Source: an uncultured Verrucomicrobiae bacterium (GTDB lineage: Bacteria > Verrucomicrobiota > Verrucomicrobiia > Chthoniobacterales > JAFAMB01). From it: a stretch of 64,000 nt of DNA. Positions 37,152 through 46,439 of the stretch are shown one piece after another. How positions within the stretch are numbered: the stretch's first letter is position 1; the number at the start of each line of letters is the position of its first letter. The translations under genes were made by a program, and so were the position numbers. Below the pieces are notes generated by a model that was given only the letters and a program-made list of their open reading frames with translations, was not told where the DNA came from and did no database searches. The stretch covers positions 213,660 to 277,659 of the forward strand of contig CAWEGF010000025.1 in the NCBI GenBank assembly GCA_963808535.1, in the 5' to 3' direction.

Positions 37152-38180
37152 ATGAAGAACTTACGGGTTGCCGTCGTCGGTTGCGGTTTCTGGTCCCGTT
37201 TTCAGGTCCCAGCCTGGCAAGAACTTTCCGACGTCGACTGCGTCGCGGTGTGCGACCTGGATGAAGACCAGGCCAAACAGACCGCGAGTGCTTTCGGCAT
37301 CAAAAACTTCTACGCCGAAGCCGCCAGGATGATTCAAGAACAGCGTCCCGATGTTCTTGATGTGATCACTAGTCCGGCGACCCACCGACAAATGGTCGAG
37401 TTGGCGACGCTGACCAAGACGCCCGTCATCTGCCAGAAACCGATGGCGAATGATTTCGCTGAGGCCAAGGCCATGGTTCGCCTTTGTCAGGAAGCGCAAG
37501 TCCCATTCTTTGTCCACGAGAACTGGCGCTGGCAACGGCCCATCCGGGAACTGAAGAAAATTCTCGATTCCGGTCGGATCGGGCCTCCTTTCCGGGCTCG
37601 AATAGATTTCAACACCAGTTTTCCGGTCTTCACCAACCAACCTTTTCTCCGCGACTTGAAGCAATTGATTCTGGCAGATCTCGGCACTCACCTTCTGGAT
37701 GCGGTCCGTTTTTTATTCGGCGAAGCAAAGCAACTATTCTGTCAGCTGCAAAGAATCGATCCCGGCATCGCCGGGGAGGATGTGGCCACCGTTCTTTTAG
37801 AAATGCAAAATGGGATGACGGTGATCTGCAACCTGAGCTTCGCCAGTCGCACGGAAATGGAACGGTTTCCGCAGACCTTTGTTTTCGTCGAAGCAGCGGG
37901 CGGTTCGGTCGAATTGGCTCCAGATTTCAGCCTTCGGGTGACTGACACCGAGGGCACCTTTGCCAGGCGCTGTCCTTCTCCCGTTTACCGATGGGCTGAT
38001 CCCGACTACGCGCTGGTTCATGCCAGCATCGTGGAGTGTCATCGCGATCTCCGGGACGGATTGCTCGGAACCAAAGCCGCCGAAACGACCGGGGTCGACA
38101 ACCTTCGTACACTCGAACTCGTCTTCGGTGCTTATGAGAGCGCTGAGAAAGGCGCGGTCGTGGCAATGAGACCGCAGTAG
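37152..38180 (+). CDS. Gfo/Idh/MocA-family oxidoreductase
   Basis: 342 aa. MKNLRVAVVGCGFWSRFQ is the Rossmann N-terminus, and the VICQKPMA block is typical of the family. Confidence 0.85.
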   Translation: MKNLRVAVVGCGFWSRFQVPAWQELSDVDCVAVCDLDEDQAKQTASAFGIKNFYAEAARMIQEQRPDVLDVITSPATHRQMVELATLTKTPVICQKPMANDFAEAKAMVRLCQEAQVPFFVHENWRWQRPIRELKKILDSGRIGPPFRARIDFNTSFPVFTNQPFLRDLKQLILADLGTHLLDAVRFLFGEAKQLFCQLQRIDPGIAGEDVATVLLEMQNGMTVICNLSFASRTEMERFPQTFVFVEAAGGSVELAPDFSLRVTDTEGTFARRCPSPVYRWADPDYALVHASIVECHRDLRDGLLGTKAAETTGVDNLRTLELVFGAYESAEKGAVVAMRPQ

Positions 38181-38196
38181 CCGAAAGGAACTACCT

Positions 38197-39108
38197 GTGA
38201 GCATCAAATACAAGATTCTGGATCCCAGCTCCGCAGCGCAACCGCCGGTGACCACGGTTTTGTCGCTGCGCTGTTTGCGTTCGGGCGCCGGCGCTTCATG
38301 CGACTTCCATTCTCATCCCTTTCCCGAGTTCACCCTGGTCACCGACGATTCCACGATCAACGGTTGGGCTTTGGGGAAAATCGGCTCTGCCCCAAATACG
38401 CTCTATCTCTTTCTGCCAGGAGAACCTCACGGCCATTGGAATTCATCCACCCAACGACCTCGCTTCTGGGTTATCCACTTCTCCGCGGCTCTGCTGGCTT
38501 CGTTACCTCATTTGGCTGACCCGGATCCAGCCCGGCGGGTCTGGAAACTGACGGAAGAGCAAACGACCACCTTCCGCTGGCTTTTTATCAAGCTCTTCAA
38601 TGAACATACTCATTCGCTGGCCTTCAACCGATTCGCGGAAATGTCCTGGCTGCAACTGCTGCTCATCAGCGTGGAAAGATGGGTCGCTGGCACCGATTAC
38701 CAAAAGTTGCTCCCTGAGGAACCGGATAGCGATGTGCTCCAACTTTGGCATATGGTCAACGAATGCGTCGGCCGATCCTCGCAATTCGTGAAGCAGATTA
38801 GCCGGATGGCCAACTACGACTCGGTCCGGCATCGTTTTAAGAGCTTGTTCGGTCTTTCGCCGACCCAATTGCTGGCCCGCTTGCGGATGCAAAAGGCGCA
38901 ACATCTCCTCCTTGATACCGCGTTAAGCGTTAAGCAGATTTCCAGTTGTCTCGGGTATGATCGCCAGCACGAATTTGCCCGCGCTTTTCGGAAACAGATT
39001 GGTTTAAGTCCGTCCGCTTGGCGCCATAATCCGTTGCCGAAAGAAATCTCGCCTGATCCGCCAACGCACGATGATTTTCCAAACAGGCTAAATCCAAAAC
39101 AAAATTAA
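38197..39108 (+). CDS. AraC-family transcriptional regulator (second copy)
   Basis: 303 aa with a GTG start. The C-terminal HTH pair is ISRMANYDSVRHRFKSLFGLSPTQ and VKQISSCLGYDRQHEFARAFRKQIGLSP. Confidence 0.8.
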   Translation: MSIKYKILDPSSAAQPPVTTVLSLRCLRSGAGASCDFHSHPFPEFTLVTDDSTINGWALGKIGSAPNTLYLFLPGEPHGHWNSSTQRPRFWVIHFSAALLASLPHLADPDPARRVWKLTEEQTTTFRWLFIKLFNEHTHSLAFNRFAEMSWLQLLLISVERWVAGTDYQKLLPEEPDSDVLQLWHMVNECVGRSSQFVKQISRMANYDSVRHRFKSLFGLSPTQLLARLRMQKAQHLLLDTALSVKQISSCLGYDRQHEFARAFRKQIGLSPSAWRHNPLPKEISPDPPTHDDFPNRLNPKQN

Positions 39109-39147
39109 TCCCTATGCTGGTCTGCGAAGCTTGATGACTCCGCAGGT

Positions 39148-40075
39148 ATGAAGACAGTTATTCTTGGCGCCGGCGCAATGGGCAGTGTTATGGGAGGACT
39201 CCTGGCCCGAGGAGGCAACGAGGTGGTTCTGGTCGACGTCGCGAAAGAGATCGTCCACGCGATTGAGCAGGACGGTCTGAAGATTGAGGATAAATCCGGT
39301 CAACATTCGATCGTCAAACTCAAGGCCACCAATGATCCGCGCCAGATCGGGATAACTGATCTGCTAATCGTTTTTGTAAAGTGTTACCACACCGAAACCG
39401 CTGTCCGGCAAGCCGCTCCGATGATTGGGCCGAACACCATCGTTCTCTCCTTACAAAACGGATGGGGAAACGCTGACTTGATTAGCAAACTCACCGGACC
39501 CGAGAGACTCCTGGTCGGCGTCAGCTATCATAGTGCCGTGCTGCTCGGCCCCGGACATGTGCTCCATGCCGGCCAAGGCCCTACTTACCTGGGAGAACTG
39601 GATGGCAGGGCTTCCACGCGCGTGAACGCGATTACCGAGCTTTTCGGATCGGCCGGGATCAGCATCACGCCTTCGTCGAACGTTCTCAATGAGATCTGGT
39701 CCAAACTGGCCCTGAATGCGGTTACCCTGCCTACCTCAGCCTCGATTCGGATTACGGCGGATCAACTGCTGCGCACGCCCGAAATGGAACGCCTGATGGA
39801 AGGGCTACTGACCGAAGTTGTGGCGGTCGCCCGGGCCCAAAAAATATCGCTCAATTTTGACGAACGTTGGCAGGCCATCCGCAATTTGCTCAGCCAAGCT
39901 GGCCCCGAACACCAAGGGATCGATGCTGCAGGACGTTGAACGCCGTCGTCAAACTGAAATCGACGTAATCAACGGTGCGATCATTGAAGCCGGCGCCCGA
40001 TTCGGGATACCAACTCCCTATAATCAATCGATGCTCTGCCTGATCAAAGCCCTTGAGCAATCTTTTGTCGCTTAG
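39148..40075 (+). CDS. 2-dehydropantoate 2-reductase family (ApbA/PanE-like) oxidoreductase, split by an apparent +1 frameshift at C4 39903-39906
   Basis: The N-terminal ORF has MKTVILGAGAMGSVMGGLLARGG. The C-terminal ORF in the next frame has NTKGSMLQDVERRRQTEIDVINGAIIEAGARFGIPTPYN, the ApbA_C signature. Removing one C joins ...LLSQAGPNTKGSMLQD. Confidence 0.8.
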
Positions 40076-40084
40076 GTTACTGCG

Positions 40085-40852
40085 ATGTCTACCAGGATCA
40101 GATTTTTCGGCGTCGCCGCCTACGAACTGACGACCAAGGCAGGCCTCCATATCCTGATCGATCCTTTCCTCGATGAGAATCCGGGAAGTCCCGTAAAGTC
40201 TGCTGAATTGCCGAGGGTCGACCTGATTCTGGTTAGCCATGCAGCACCCGATCATCTCGGCGACACCGAATCAATCGCCCGCCGAACCGGGGCGCCGGTC
40301 ATTTGCGGGGGCGAAGTGAAGGCTTACCTGATGGCCAAAGGGATTCCGGCAGAACAGATCCGGGCGACGACCTGGGGCATCGCCGTGGAAGTGGCCGGGG
40401 TAAAAGTGCAGCCTTTGGAGTGCCATCATTGGTCACAGATCAGAATGCCTGACGGCACCTTCGCCAGCGGCGTACCGATGGCTTTCATCGTCTATACCGA
40501 TCCCGGGGTCCGTTTCTATCACTATGGCGATACCGCTATCTTTTCGGATCTAAAGCTCCAGGCTGAACTTTATCAGCCGACCGTGGGATGCGTCGGGATT
40601 GCCAATCCCGAAGAGATCCTTCATCGAAATCCGATGCCGGGACGCATGTTGACCGCCGAAATGAGTCCTTTAGAAGGCGCTTTGGCGGCCCGTTGGCTGG
40701 GGCTGAAAACGGTTCTGCCATGTCATTATATCAATCCCGATTGCCCTGAAGTGCGCGAGTTCGAGGAGCATCTTGCTCTGGCGGAAAAGGAAGGGGCGCA
40801 AGTTCCTCGTTCGATCGTCCTGAAGCCGGGGGAGAGCTTTGACTCAGTATGA
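40085..40852 (+). CDS. MBL-fold (Lactamase_B_3 / UlaG-like) metal-dependent hydrolase
   Basis: 255 aa. IRFFGVAAYELTTKAGLHILIDPF and DLILVSHAAPDHLGD resemble the UPF0173/UlaG-like group, but the motif reads SHAAPDH rather than HxHxDH. Confidence 0.65.
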   Translation: MSTRIRFFGVAAYELTTKAGLHILIDPFLDENPGSPVKSAELPRVDLILVSHAAPDHLGDTESIARRTGAPVICGGEVKAYLMAKGIPAEQIRATTWGIAVEVAGVKVQPLECHHWSQIRMPDGTFASGVPMAFIVYTDPGVRFYHYGDTAIFSDLKLQAELYQPTVGCVGIANPEEILHRNPMPGRMLTAEMSPLEGALAARWLGLKTVLPCHYINPDCPEVREFEEHLALAEKEGAQVPRSIVLKPGESFDSV

Positions 40853-41863
40853 AAGCGGCGATTTTTGATGCTCCCTTCCGGATGCATGTCGGGTTCTGGG
40901 AACAACCAGTCCCCGGCTCCCGACGAAGTTGTTGTCACGGTCAGCGCGGCGGGAATTTGCGCGGGCGACCTGCACATCTATTCAGGTAAAAGTCCCTACG
41001 CCCAGTTTCCGATCATTGGCGGTCACGAGATTTGCGGAACGGTAGCCAGCCTGGGCGAGAAGGTCAGCGGTTTTTCGCCGGGCCAACTGGTGGTGGTCGA
41101 ACCCTTCCTTAGTTGCGGAACCTGCTACCCCTGCCGGGTAGGAAAACCGAATTGCTGCGCCCGCCTGCAAATCATCGGTGTCCATCGCCCGGGAGGCTAT
41201 GCTGAAGCTGTGCTGGTGCCGGCGACTCACCTGCATAAAGTCCCAGCAGACGTCCCTCCTTTGTGGGCTGCCTTCGCGGAGCCGGTAACGATTGGAATTC
41301 ACGCTTGCCGTCGCGCCGGCGTTCTCCCGGGTGAATACGTTTTGGTTCTCGGTTGTGGCCCGATTGGCCTGGCGATTATCGAAGTAGCTTTGGCCAGCAA
41401 AGCCCGGGTCGTCGCCGTGGACGTCAATCAACAACGATTGGAAACCGCCAGGAACCTTGGGGCAGAAGTCCTTTCCGGAGGCGACGGTCTGCTCGCTGAA
41501 GTATTGGCCCATACCAATCAGGAAGGTGCTCCCGTCGTGATTGAAGCAACCGGCAATCCCACCGTCATTGAATCAACCGTCGATCTGGTGGCCGCCGGCG
41601 GACGCATCGTCATCGTGGGCTTAACTTCCCGCGCGGTCAGCGTGAAATTCCCAGGCTTGGATTTTACCCGGAAAGAACTAACGATCCTGGGTTCCCGAAC
41701 CGAGGTTAACTGTTTTCCCGACGCGCTGGCTCTTTTGGCTTCCGGGAAGATTAACTTTCCGCGGGTGGCCAGCCAGTTCTCACTCTGGTCGGCCCCGGAA
41801 GTCTTTGAGGATCTATCACTTCACCCCGGTCAGACCCAAAAAGGAGTGTTAGTCCAGGATTAA
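40849..41863 (+). CDS. zinc-dependent medium-chain alcohol/polyol dehydrogenase, N-terminus split by an apparent +1 frameshift at 40911-40916
   Basis: ATG 40849 forms an ATGA overlap with the upstream stop and reads MKAAIFDAPFRMHVGFWEQPVP. The next frame continues APDEVVVTVSAAGICAGDLHIYSG, GGHEICGTV, CGTCYPCRVGKPNCC and GCGPIGL. The track ORF starts at 40865. Confidence 0.85.
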
Positions 41864-41867
41864 ACCG

Positions 41868-42743
41868 ATGCGTCTCTATACTTTTACTACCGAAGGCCAA
41901 CAGCACTTGGGTGCGGAGCAATCTCCGTCTGGAGAATTGGTTCATCTACACGCCATCGATCCGGCGATTCCGGACAGCTTACTCGAATTTATTCGCGGCG
42001 GCCAAGAGGTGCATCGATTAGCTCGTCAAGTGATGATGGCTAGTCCATCCAGCGTCTATCAACTGGCGGATGTTTCCTTGGCCGCGCCCCTGGCTCGACC
42101 AGGGAAAATTCTTTGCTCGGGAATCAACTACCGGTCCCATCAATTGGAAAATCCGCAGGCGGTCATGCCAGATGAACCATTCTTTTTTGCTAAAATGCCT
42201 TCCACGGTGATCGGGCCTGGAAGCCCGATTTTGCATCCGCCGTTTGCTGGGCAGGTAGACTACGAGATCGAATTGGCGGTCGTCATTGGGCGGCCAATGA
42301 CTTTTGTCGCCGAACCGGAAGTGATGTCTCATCTCTTCGGATACACCATCCTCAACGACGTTTCTTGCCGTGAAGTGCAAATCAAGGCCCAGCAAATCAC
42401 GCTGGGCAAGAACTTCGACACCTTCTGCCCAATCGGTCCCTGCGTCGTGACCACTGACGAACTAACTGATCCTGGCCGGGTTGGCCTTCGCACCTATCTG
42501 AACGGCAAACTAATGCAAGACGGTTCGACGTCTGACTGGATCTTCACCCTGCCGAAACTGTTGAGTTTTTTGTCCCGCGTAATGACCTTGGAGCCAGGCG
42601 ATGTGGTCAGCACTGGAACTCCCGCCGGAGTCGGTCTCTTTCGGCACCCTCCTCGTTTTTTACAACCTGGCGACCGGGTACGTCTGGAAGCCGACGGGAT
42701 CGGTATTCTGGAGAATCCGGTCGGGACGCGTGCGGCATCCTAA
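41868..42743 (+). CDS. fumarylacetoacetate hydrolase (FAH) family protein
   Basis: 291 aa. Motifs KILCSGINYRSH, DYEIELAVVIG and GDVVSTGTPAGVG are present. Confidence 0.85.
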   Translation: MRLYTFTTEGQQHLGAEQSPSGELVHLHAIDPAIPDSLLEFIRGGQEVHRLARQVMMASPSSVYQLADVSLAAPLARPGKILCSGINYRSHQLENPQAVMPDEPFFFAKMPSTVIGPGSPILHPPFAGQVDYEIELAVVIGRPMTFVAEPEVMSHLFGYTILNDVSCREVQIKAQQITLGKNFDTFCPIGPCVVTTDELTDPGRVGLRTYLNGKLMQDGSTSDWIFTLPKLLSFLSRVMTLEPGDVVSTGTPAGVGLFRHPPRFLQPGDRVRLEADGIGILENPVGTRAAS

Positions 42744-42835
42744 CTAATAACTTTTCCCCACCATGAACAGCAAAACTAACCAAGACGTCACTCGACGCGA
42801 TTCTTTCCGCCCTGCGGGAGTCTCATTCCTCCACT

Positions 42836-43861
42836 ATGAATATGAAATCTAACCGGGGCGTCTCCCGACGCGACGCTCTACGCTCCGCCGGAGTGTTGGC
42901 CGGAGCTACCTTTTTCGCCGGAATGGCCGGTGCCGAGAAGGTAACCGCTCAGGCGGCCAAAGGAGCCACCTCGGACGAAGAGTATGTTTGGCTCTCGGCC
43001 AATGCGAATTTGCCTCTTTTCGTCGCGCACGATCATCCGGCGCTCCGGTTGGTCGGCGAAGAACTGGGCGTAAAAGTCACGATTGCCGGCCCGAACAGCG
43101 TAGACATTCGAGGACTGGTCGAAGCGGTGGAACAGACCACCGCGCGAAAGCCTTCCGGGATGATGGTCGTGGGCTGGGACCCCAGCGCCCTGATCCCGGC
43201 GATTAACTCCGCGATTTCCGCCGGGATCCCGGTCGTCTGCGTCGATGCTGATGTTCCCAACAGCAAGCGTTACGCCTTTATCGGAACCGATTGGTTCGAT
43301 CTGGGAGTCAGGCAGGCCGAAGCGATGCTGAATGCTTTAGCGGGAAAAAAAGGCAAAGTAGCTCTCCTTGGCTTAATCGAACAGACCATCGATCAGCAAG
43401 CCTTTGCCGGCTTCAAATCGGTCGCCCAAAAAGCCGGATTAACCTGCCTGGATCCACAGGAAGACAAAGGGAATCAGGCCGAAGCCGCTCGGGTCGCCGC
43501 CGCTGTCATCCAGGCAAATCCCGACTTGGTCGGGATGGCAGGATTTGATTCTGAAAGCGGTCCCGGCTTTGGGCAGGCGATTAAGGAAGCCGGACTAGCC
43601 GGCAAGCTAGTGGCGACCTGTGTGGACGCGGAACCCCAACATCTCCGGCTGGTCAAAGAGGGAATATTAACCGCGGCGGTGGGTCAAAAACGGGAGCTAT
43701 TTACCTATCAAGGGGTCAAAGCATTGTATGAACTGCGTCACACCACGCTGAAATTCACCAAAGACGACAAAGCCGCTGGCGTCGTCGGCATTCCGATCAA
43801 TTACAACACTGGCACTTACACCGTGACGAAAGAGAATGTCGATCTCTTCATAAAAACATAA
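42836..43861 (+). CDS. sugar ABC transporter binding protein (PBP type I) with twin-arginine signal
   Basis: 341 aa. MNMKSNRGVSRRDALRSAGVLAGATFFAGMAGA carries a TAT motif. Confidence 0.85.
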   Translation: MNMKSNRGVSRRDALRSAGVLAGATFFAGMAGAEKVTAQAAKGATSDEEYVWLSANANLPLFVAHDHPALRLVGEELGVKVTIAGPNSVDIRGLVEAVEQTTARKPSGMMVVGWDPSALIPAINSAISAGIPVVCVDADVPNSKRYAFIGTDWFDLGVRQAEAMLNALAGKKGKVALLGLIEQTIDQQAFAGFKSVAQKAGLTCLDPQEDKGNQAEAARVAAAVIQANPDLVGMAGFDSESGPGFGQAIKEAGLAGKLVATCVDAEPQHLRLVKEGILTAAVGQKRELFTYQGVKALYELRHTTLKFTKDDKAAGVVGIPINYNTGTYTVTKENVDLFIKT

Positions 43862-43877
43862 TGATTCCTTCCGTGAG

Positions 43878-45413
43878 ATGATTGGTCGGGAAGTTCCAAT
43901 GGACGTTCCTCTCTTAAGCATGAGAGGCGTCAGGAAGAGCTTTAACGGCGTCGAGGTATTGAAGGGCGTGGACTTTGCCGTGCAAACCGGAGAAGTCCAC
44001 GCGTTAGTCGGCGAAAACGGCGCCGGGAAAAGCACCCTGATGAATCTCCTGGCGGGCGTTCATCAACCTACTTCCGGAACGATCGATTTCGCAGGATTGG
44101 CTGATCTGCAAATTCCCGATGAAAAGACTGCCCAGGAACTGGGCATCGGCATCGTTTTCCAGGAGCGGAGCCTTTTTGCTCAACTAAACCTCGCGGACAA
44201 TATTTTCGCGGCCCGGCAGCCGGCCAGATTAGGACACATTCAACGGAAAAAATTATGGGCCGAAACGCGAACCTTATTACGGCGGGTTGACCTGGACCTC
44301 GAACCGAACCGCTTAGTCGGGGATTTATCGCCAGCCCAACAACAGCTCGCCGAAATCGCCAAGGCCTTGTCGCTAAAGGCAAAGTTGATGATCTTTGATG
44401 AGCCAACCTCCTCGCTGACCGATACCGAAACCCGTGCTCTTTTTCGCGTAATTCGCCAATTGCGCGGACAAGGGGTCGGCATAATTTATATTACTCATCG
44501 TCTGGAAGAGATATTCTTGATCGCCGATCGGGTCAGCGTCTTAAAAGACGGCGAGGGTCAAGGCACTTACCGCACCGCCGAAACGAATACTAATGAATTG
44601 GTCCGCCGGATGGTCGGGCGGAGCCTGGAGCTGCGACACAAGGACGCTGTGGCCGCCGGGAATCCGATCACCTTGGAAGTGCGTAATTTTTCCGATCCCA
44701 AGAACTCTCTCCGGCCGCTCTTGAAAAATATCTCGTTTACCGTCAGGCGAGGCGAAATTGTCGGTTTTGCCGGCTTGGCAGGCGCCGGTCGAACCGAGTT
44801 GGCCCTCTCAATCTTGGGAGTTCGGCCGCGCGGCAGCGGCGAAATCTTTCTCCACGGCAAAAAGGTTTCTATTCGATCTCCCAGCGATGCCATCCGGGCG
44901 GGCCTCGGATACGTCTCTGAAGATCGGAAAGAAGGAGGCTTGTTTATGGAGATGAGTATCGCCGCTAACGTCGCGGCGGCCAATCTCCAAGCCTTCGGGT
45001 CTTGGTGGATGAGCGCCAGAAAACAACGAAGTACCGCCGAACAATTTCGACAATCTCTCCGGATTGCCTCTGCCGATGTCAAGCAACCCGTCCAGGGTTT
45101 GAGTGGTGGCAATCAGCAAAAGGTGGTTCTCGCGAAATGGCTTCTGCTTAACCCTGAAGTGCTCATTGTGGATGAACCGACTCGCGGAATAGATATCGGA
45201 GCAAAGGCAGACGTTCATCACTTTCTCTACCAACATTCGCGGAAGGGTTCCTGTGTGATCGTTATCTCATCTGAACTACCGGAGATTCTGGATGTCAGTG
45301 ATAGAATCTACGTCATGCGTGAGGGACAGATCACCGGGGAGTTAGGCCGTTTAGAGGCTACCGAAGAAAAAGTGATGCGCTTCGCATCGCTAGCTCCCCA
45401 GGAGACACCATGA
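43878..45413 (+). CDS. CUT2-type sugar ABC transporter ATP-binding protein (tandem NBDs)
   Basis: 511 aa. NBD1 has GENGAGKST, LSPAQQQLAEIAKA and IFDEPTSSL. NBD2 has GLAGAGRTEL, LSGGNQQKVVLAKWL and LIVDEPTRGIDIGAK. Confidence 0.9.
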   Translation: MIGREVPMDVPLLSMRGVRKSFNGVEVLKGVDFAVQTGEVHALVGENGAGKSTLMNLLAGVHQPTSGTIDFAGLADLQIPDEKTAQELGIGIVFQERSLFAQLNLADNIFAARQPARLGHIQRKKLWAETRTLLRRVDLDLEPNRLVGDLSPAQQQLAEIAKALSLKAKLMIFDEPTSSLTDTETRALFRVIRQLRGQGVGIIYITHRLEEIFLIADRVSVLKDGEGQGTYRTAETNTNELVRRMVGRSLELRHKDAVAAGNPITLEVRNFSDPKNSLRPLLKNISFTVRRGEIVGFAGLAGAGRTELALSILGVRPRGSGEIFLHGKKVSIRSPSDAIRAGLGYVSEDRKEGGLFMEMSIAANVAAANLQAFGSWWMSARKQRSTAEQFRQSLRIASADVKQPVQGLSGGNQQKVVLAKWLLLNPEVLIVDEPTRGIDIGAKADVHHFLYQHSRKGSCVIVISSELPEILDVSDRIYVMREGQITGELGRLEATEEKVMRFASLAPQETP

Positions 45414-46399
45414 TCAAAAAAACCACGACGGCCATCATTTCCAAGCCAGTCAGGACAATGCGGCTACCAGTTTTTACGCGAGAGATCGGTCTCCTTGGGG
45501 TCACCCTTTTTACGGTCGTACTGTTCGCTATTCTTTACCCCTCTTCCTTTGCCAACTTTGCCAACTTTTCCGCGATCGTCCGTAATTTGGCGTTCGAAGG
45601 GATTTTGGCGGTCGGCATGATGCTTATGCTGGTCGGAGGCAATTTCGACCTGTCGGTCGGAGCGATGGCTTCCATGAGCGGGGTCATAACGGGCGCTCTA
45701 ATGAAGGCTCTGAATTGGCCAGTGCCCGTAGCGGTGGCCTCAGGTTTGTTGATCGCCACGGTCGGCGGCTTTCTAAATGGATTCATCGTCGCCAAGGTTG
45801 GGGTCAATGCTTTGATCACCACCTTGGGAACCATGGGCATCTTCCAGGGAATTGCCTTACTAATTGGTGGACCCGGAATCACTTATCTGCCGGAATCCTT
45901 CTCTCAGTTTGGGCAAACGGTGTTGTTCGGAATCCAGGCACCGGTCTGGATCATGGTGGCCTTGGGAATCGTGGCCCACTACGCGATGGCTCACACCCGA
46001 TTCTTTCGACAATATTACTATATTGGCAGCAACCCCAAAGCAGCTCTGCTTTCTGGTATCCACGTGAGTCGCCTGCAAATTCTCTCCTTCACGATTATGG
46101 GCCTGCTGGCGGGGGCAGCCGGGATTCTTTACGCGTCCCGAATCGCCACCGCGACGTCGACGGTCGGGGCTGGGGCAGAGCTTCAGGCCATCACTGCGGT
46201 GATTCTCGGCGGCGCCAGCCTGTCGGGCGGTCGCGGCACCATCTGGGGTGCCTTGATTGGGGTCTTCTTCATGGGACTGATGAAAAACGTTCTCATCATT
46301 TCCCGCTTTTCGTCCGAGTGGCAAGGGATTGTCTTGGGCGCGGTGCTAGTAGCCGCCGTGGCCGTCGATTCTCTAATGAACCAGCGCCGCGCGAGTTAG
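45410..46399 (+). CDS. CUT2-type sugar ABC transporter permease
   Basis: 329 aa and polytopic. GMMLMLVGGNFDLSVGAMASM matches the RbsC-like GGIDLSVG region. It has a 4-bp overlap with the ATPase gene. Confidence 0.9.
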   Translation: MIKKTTTAIISKPVRTMRLPVFTREIGLLGVTLFTVVLFAILYPSSFANFANFSAIVRNLAFEGILAVGMMLMLVGGNFDLSVGAMASMSGVITGALMKALNWPVPVAVASGLLIATVGGFLNGFIVAKVGVNALITTLGTMGIFQGIALLIGGPGITYLPESFSQFGQTVLFGIQAPVWIMVALGIVAHYAMAHTRFFRQYYYIGSNPKAALLSGIHVSRLQILSFTIMGLLAGAAGILYASRIATATSTVGAGAELQAITAVILGGASLSGGRGTIWGALIGVFFMGLMKNVLIISRFSSEWQGIVLGAVLVAAVAVDSLMNQRRAS

Positions 46400-46439
46400 T
46401 GCGCGGAAAGCACCGGGTGGAGCATAGTTGCGGCCGGAA

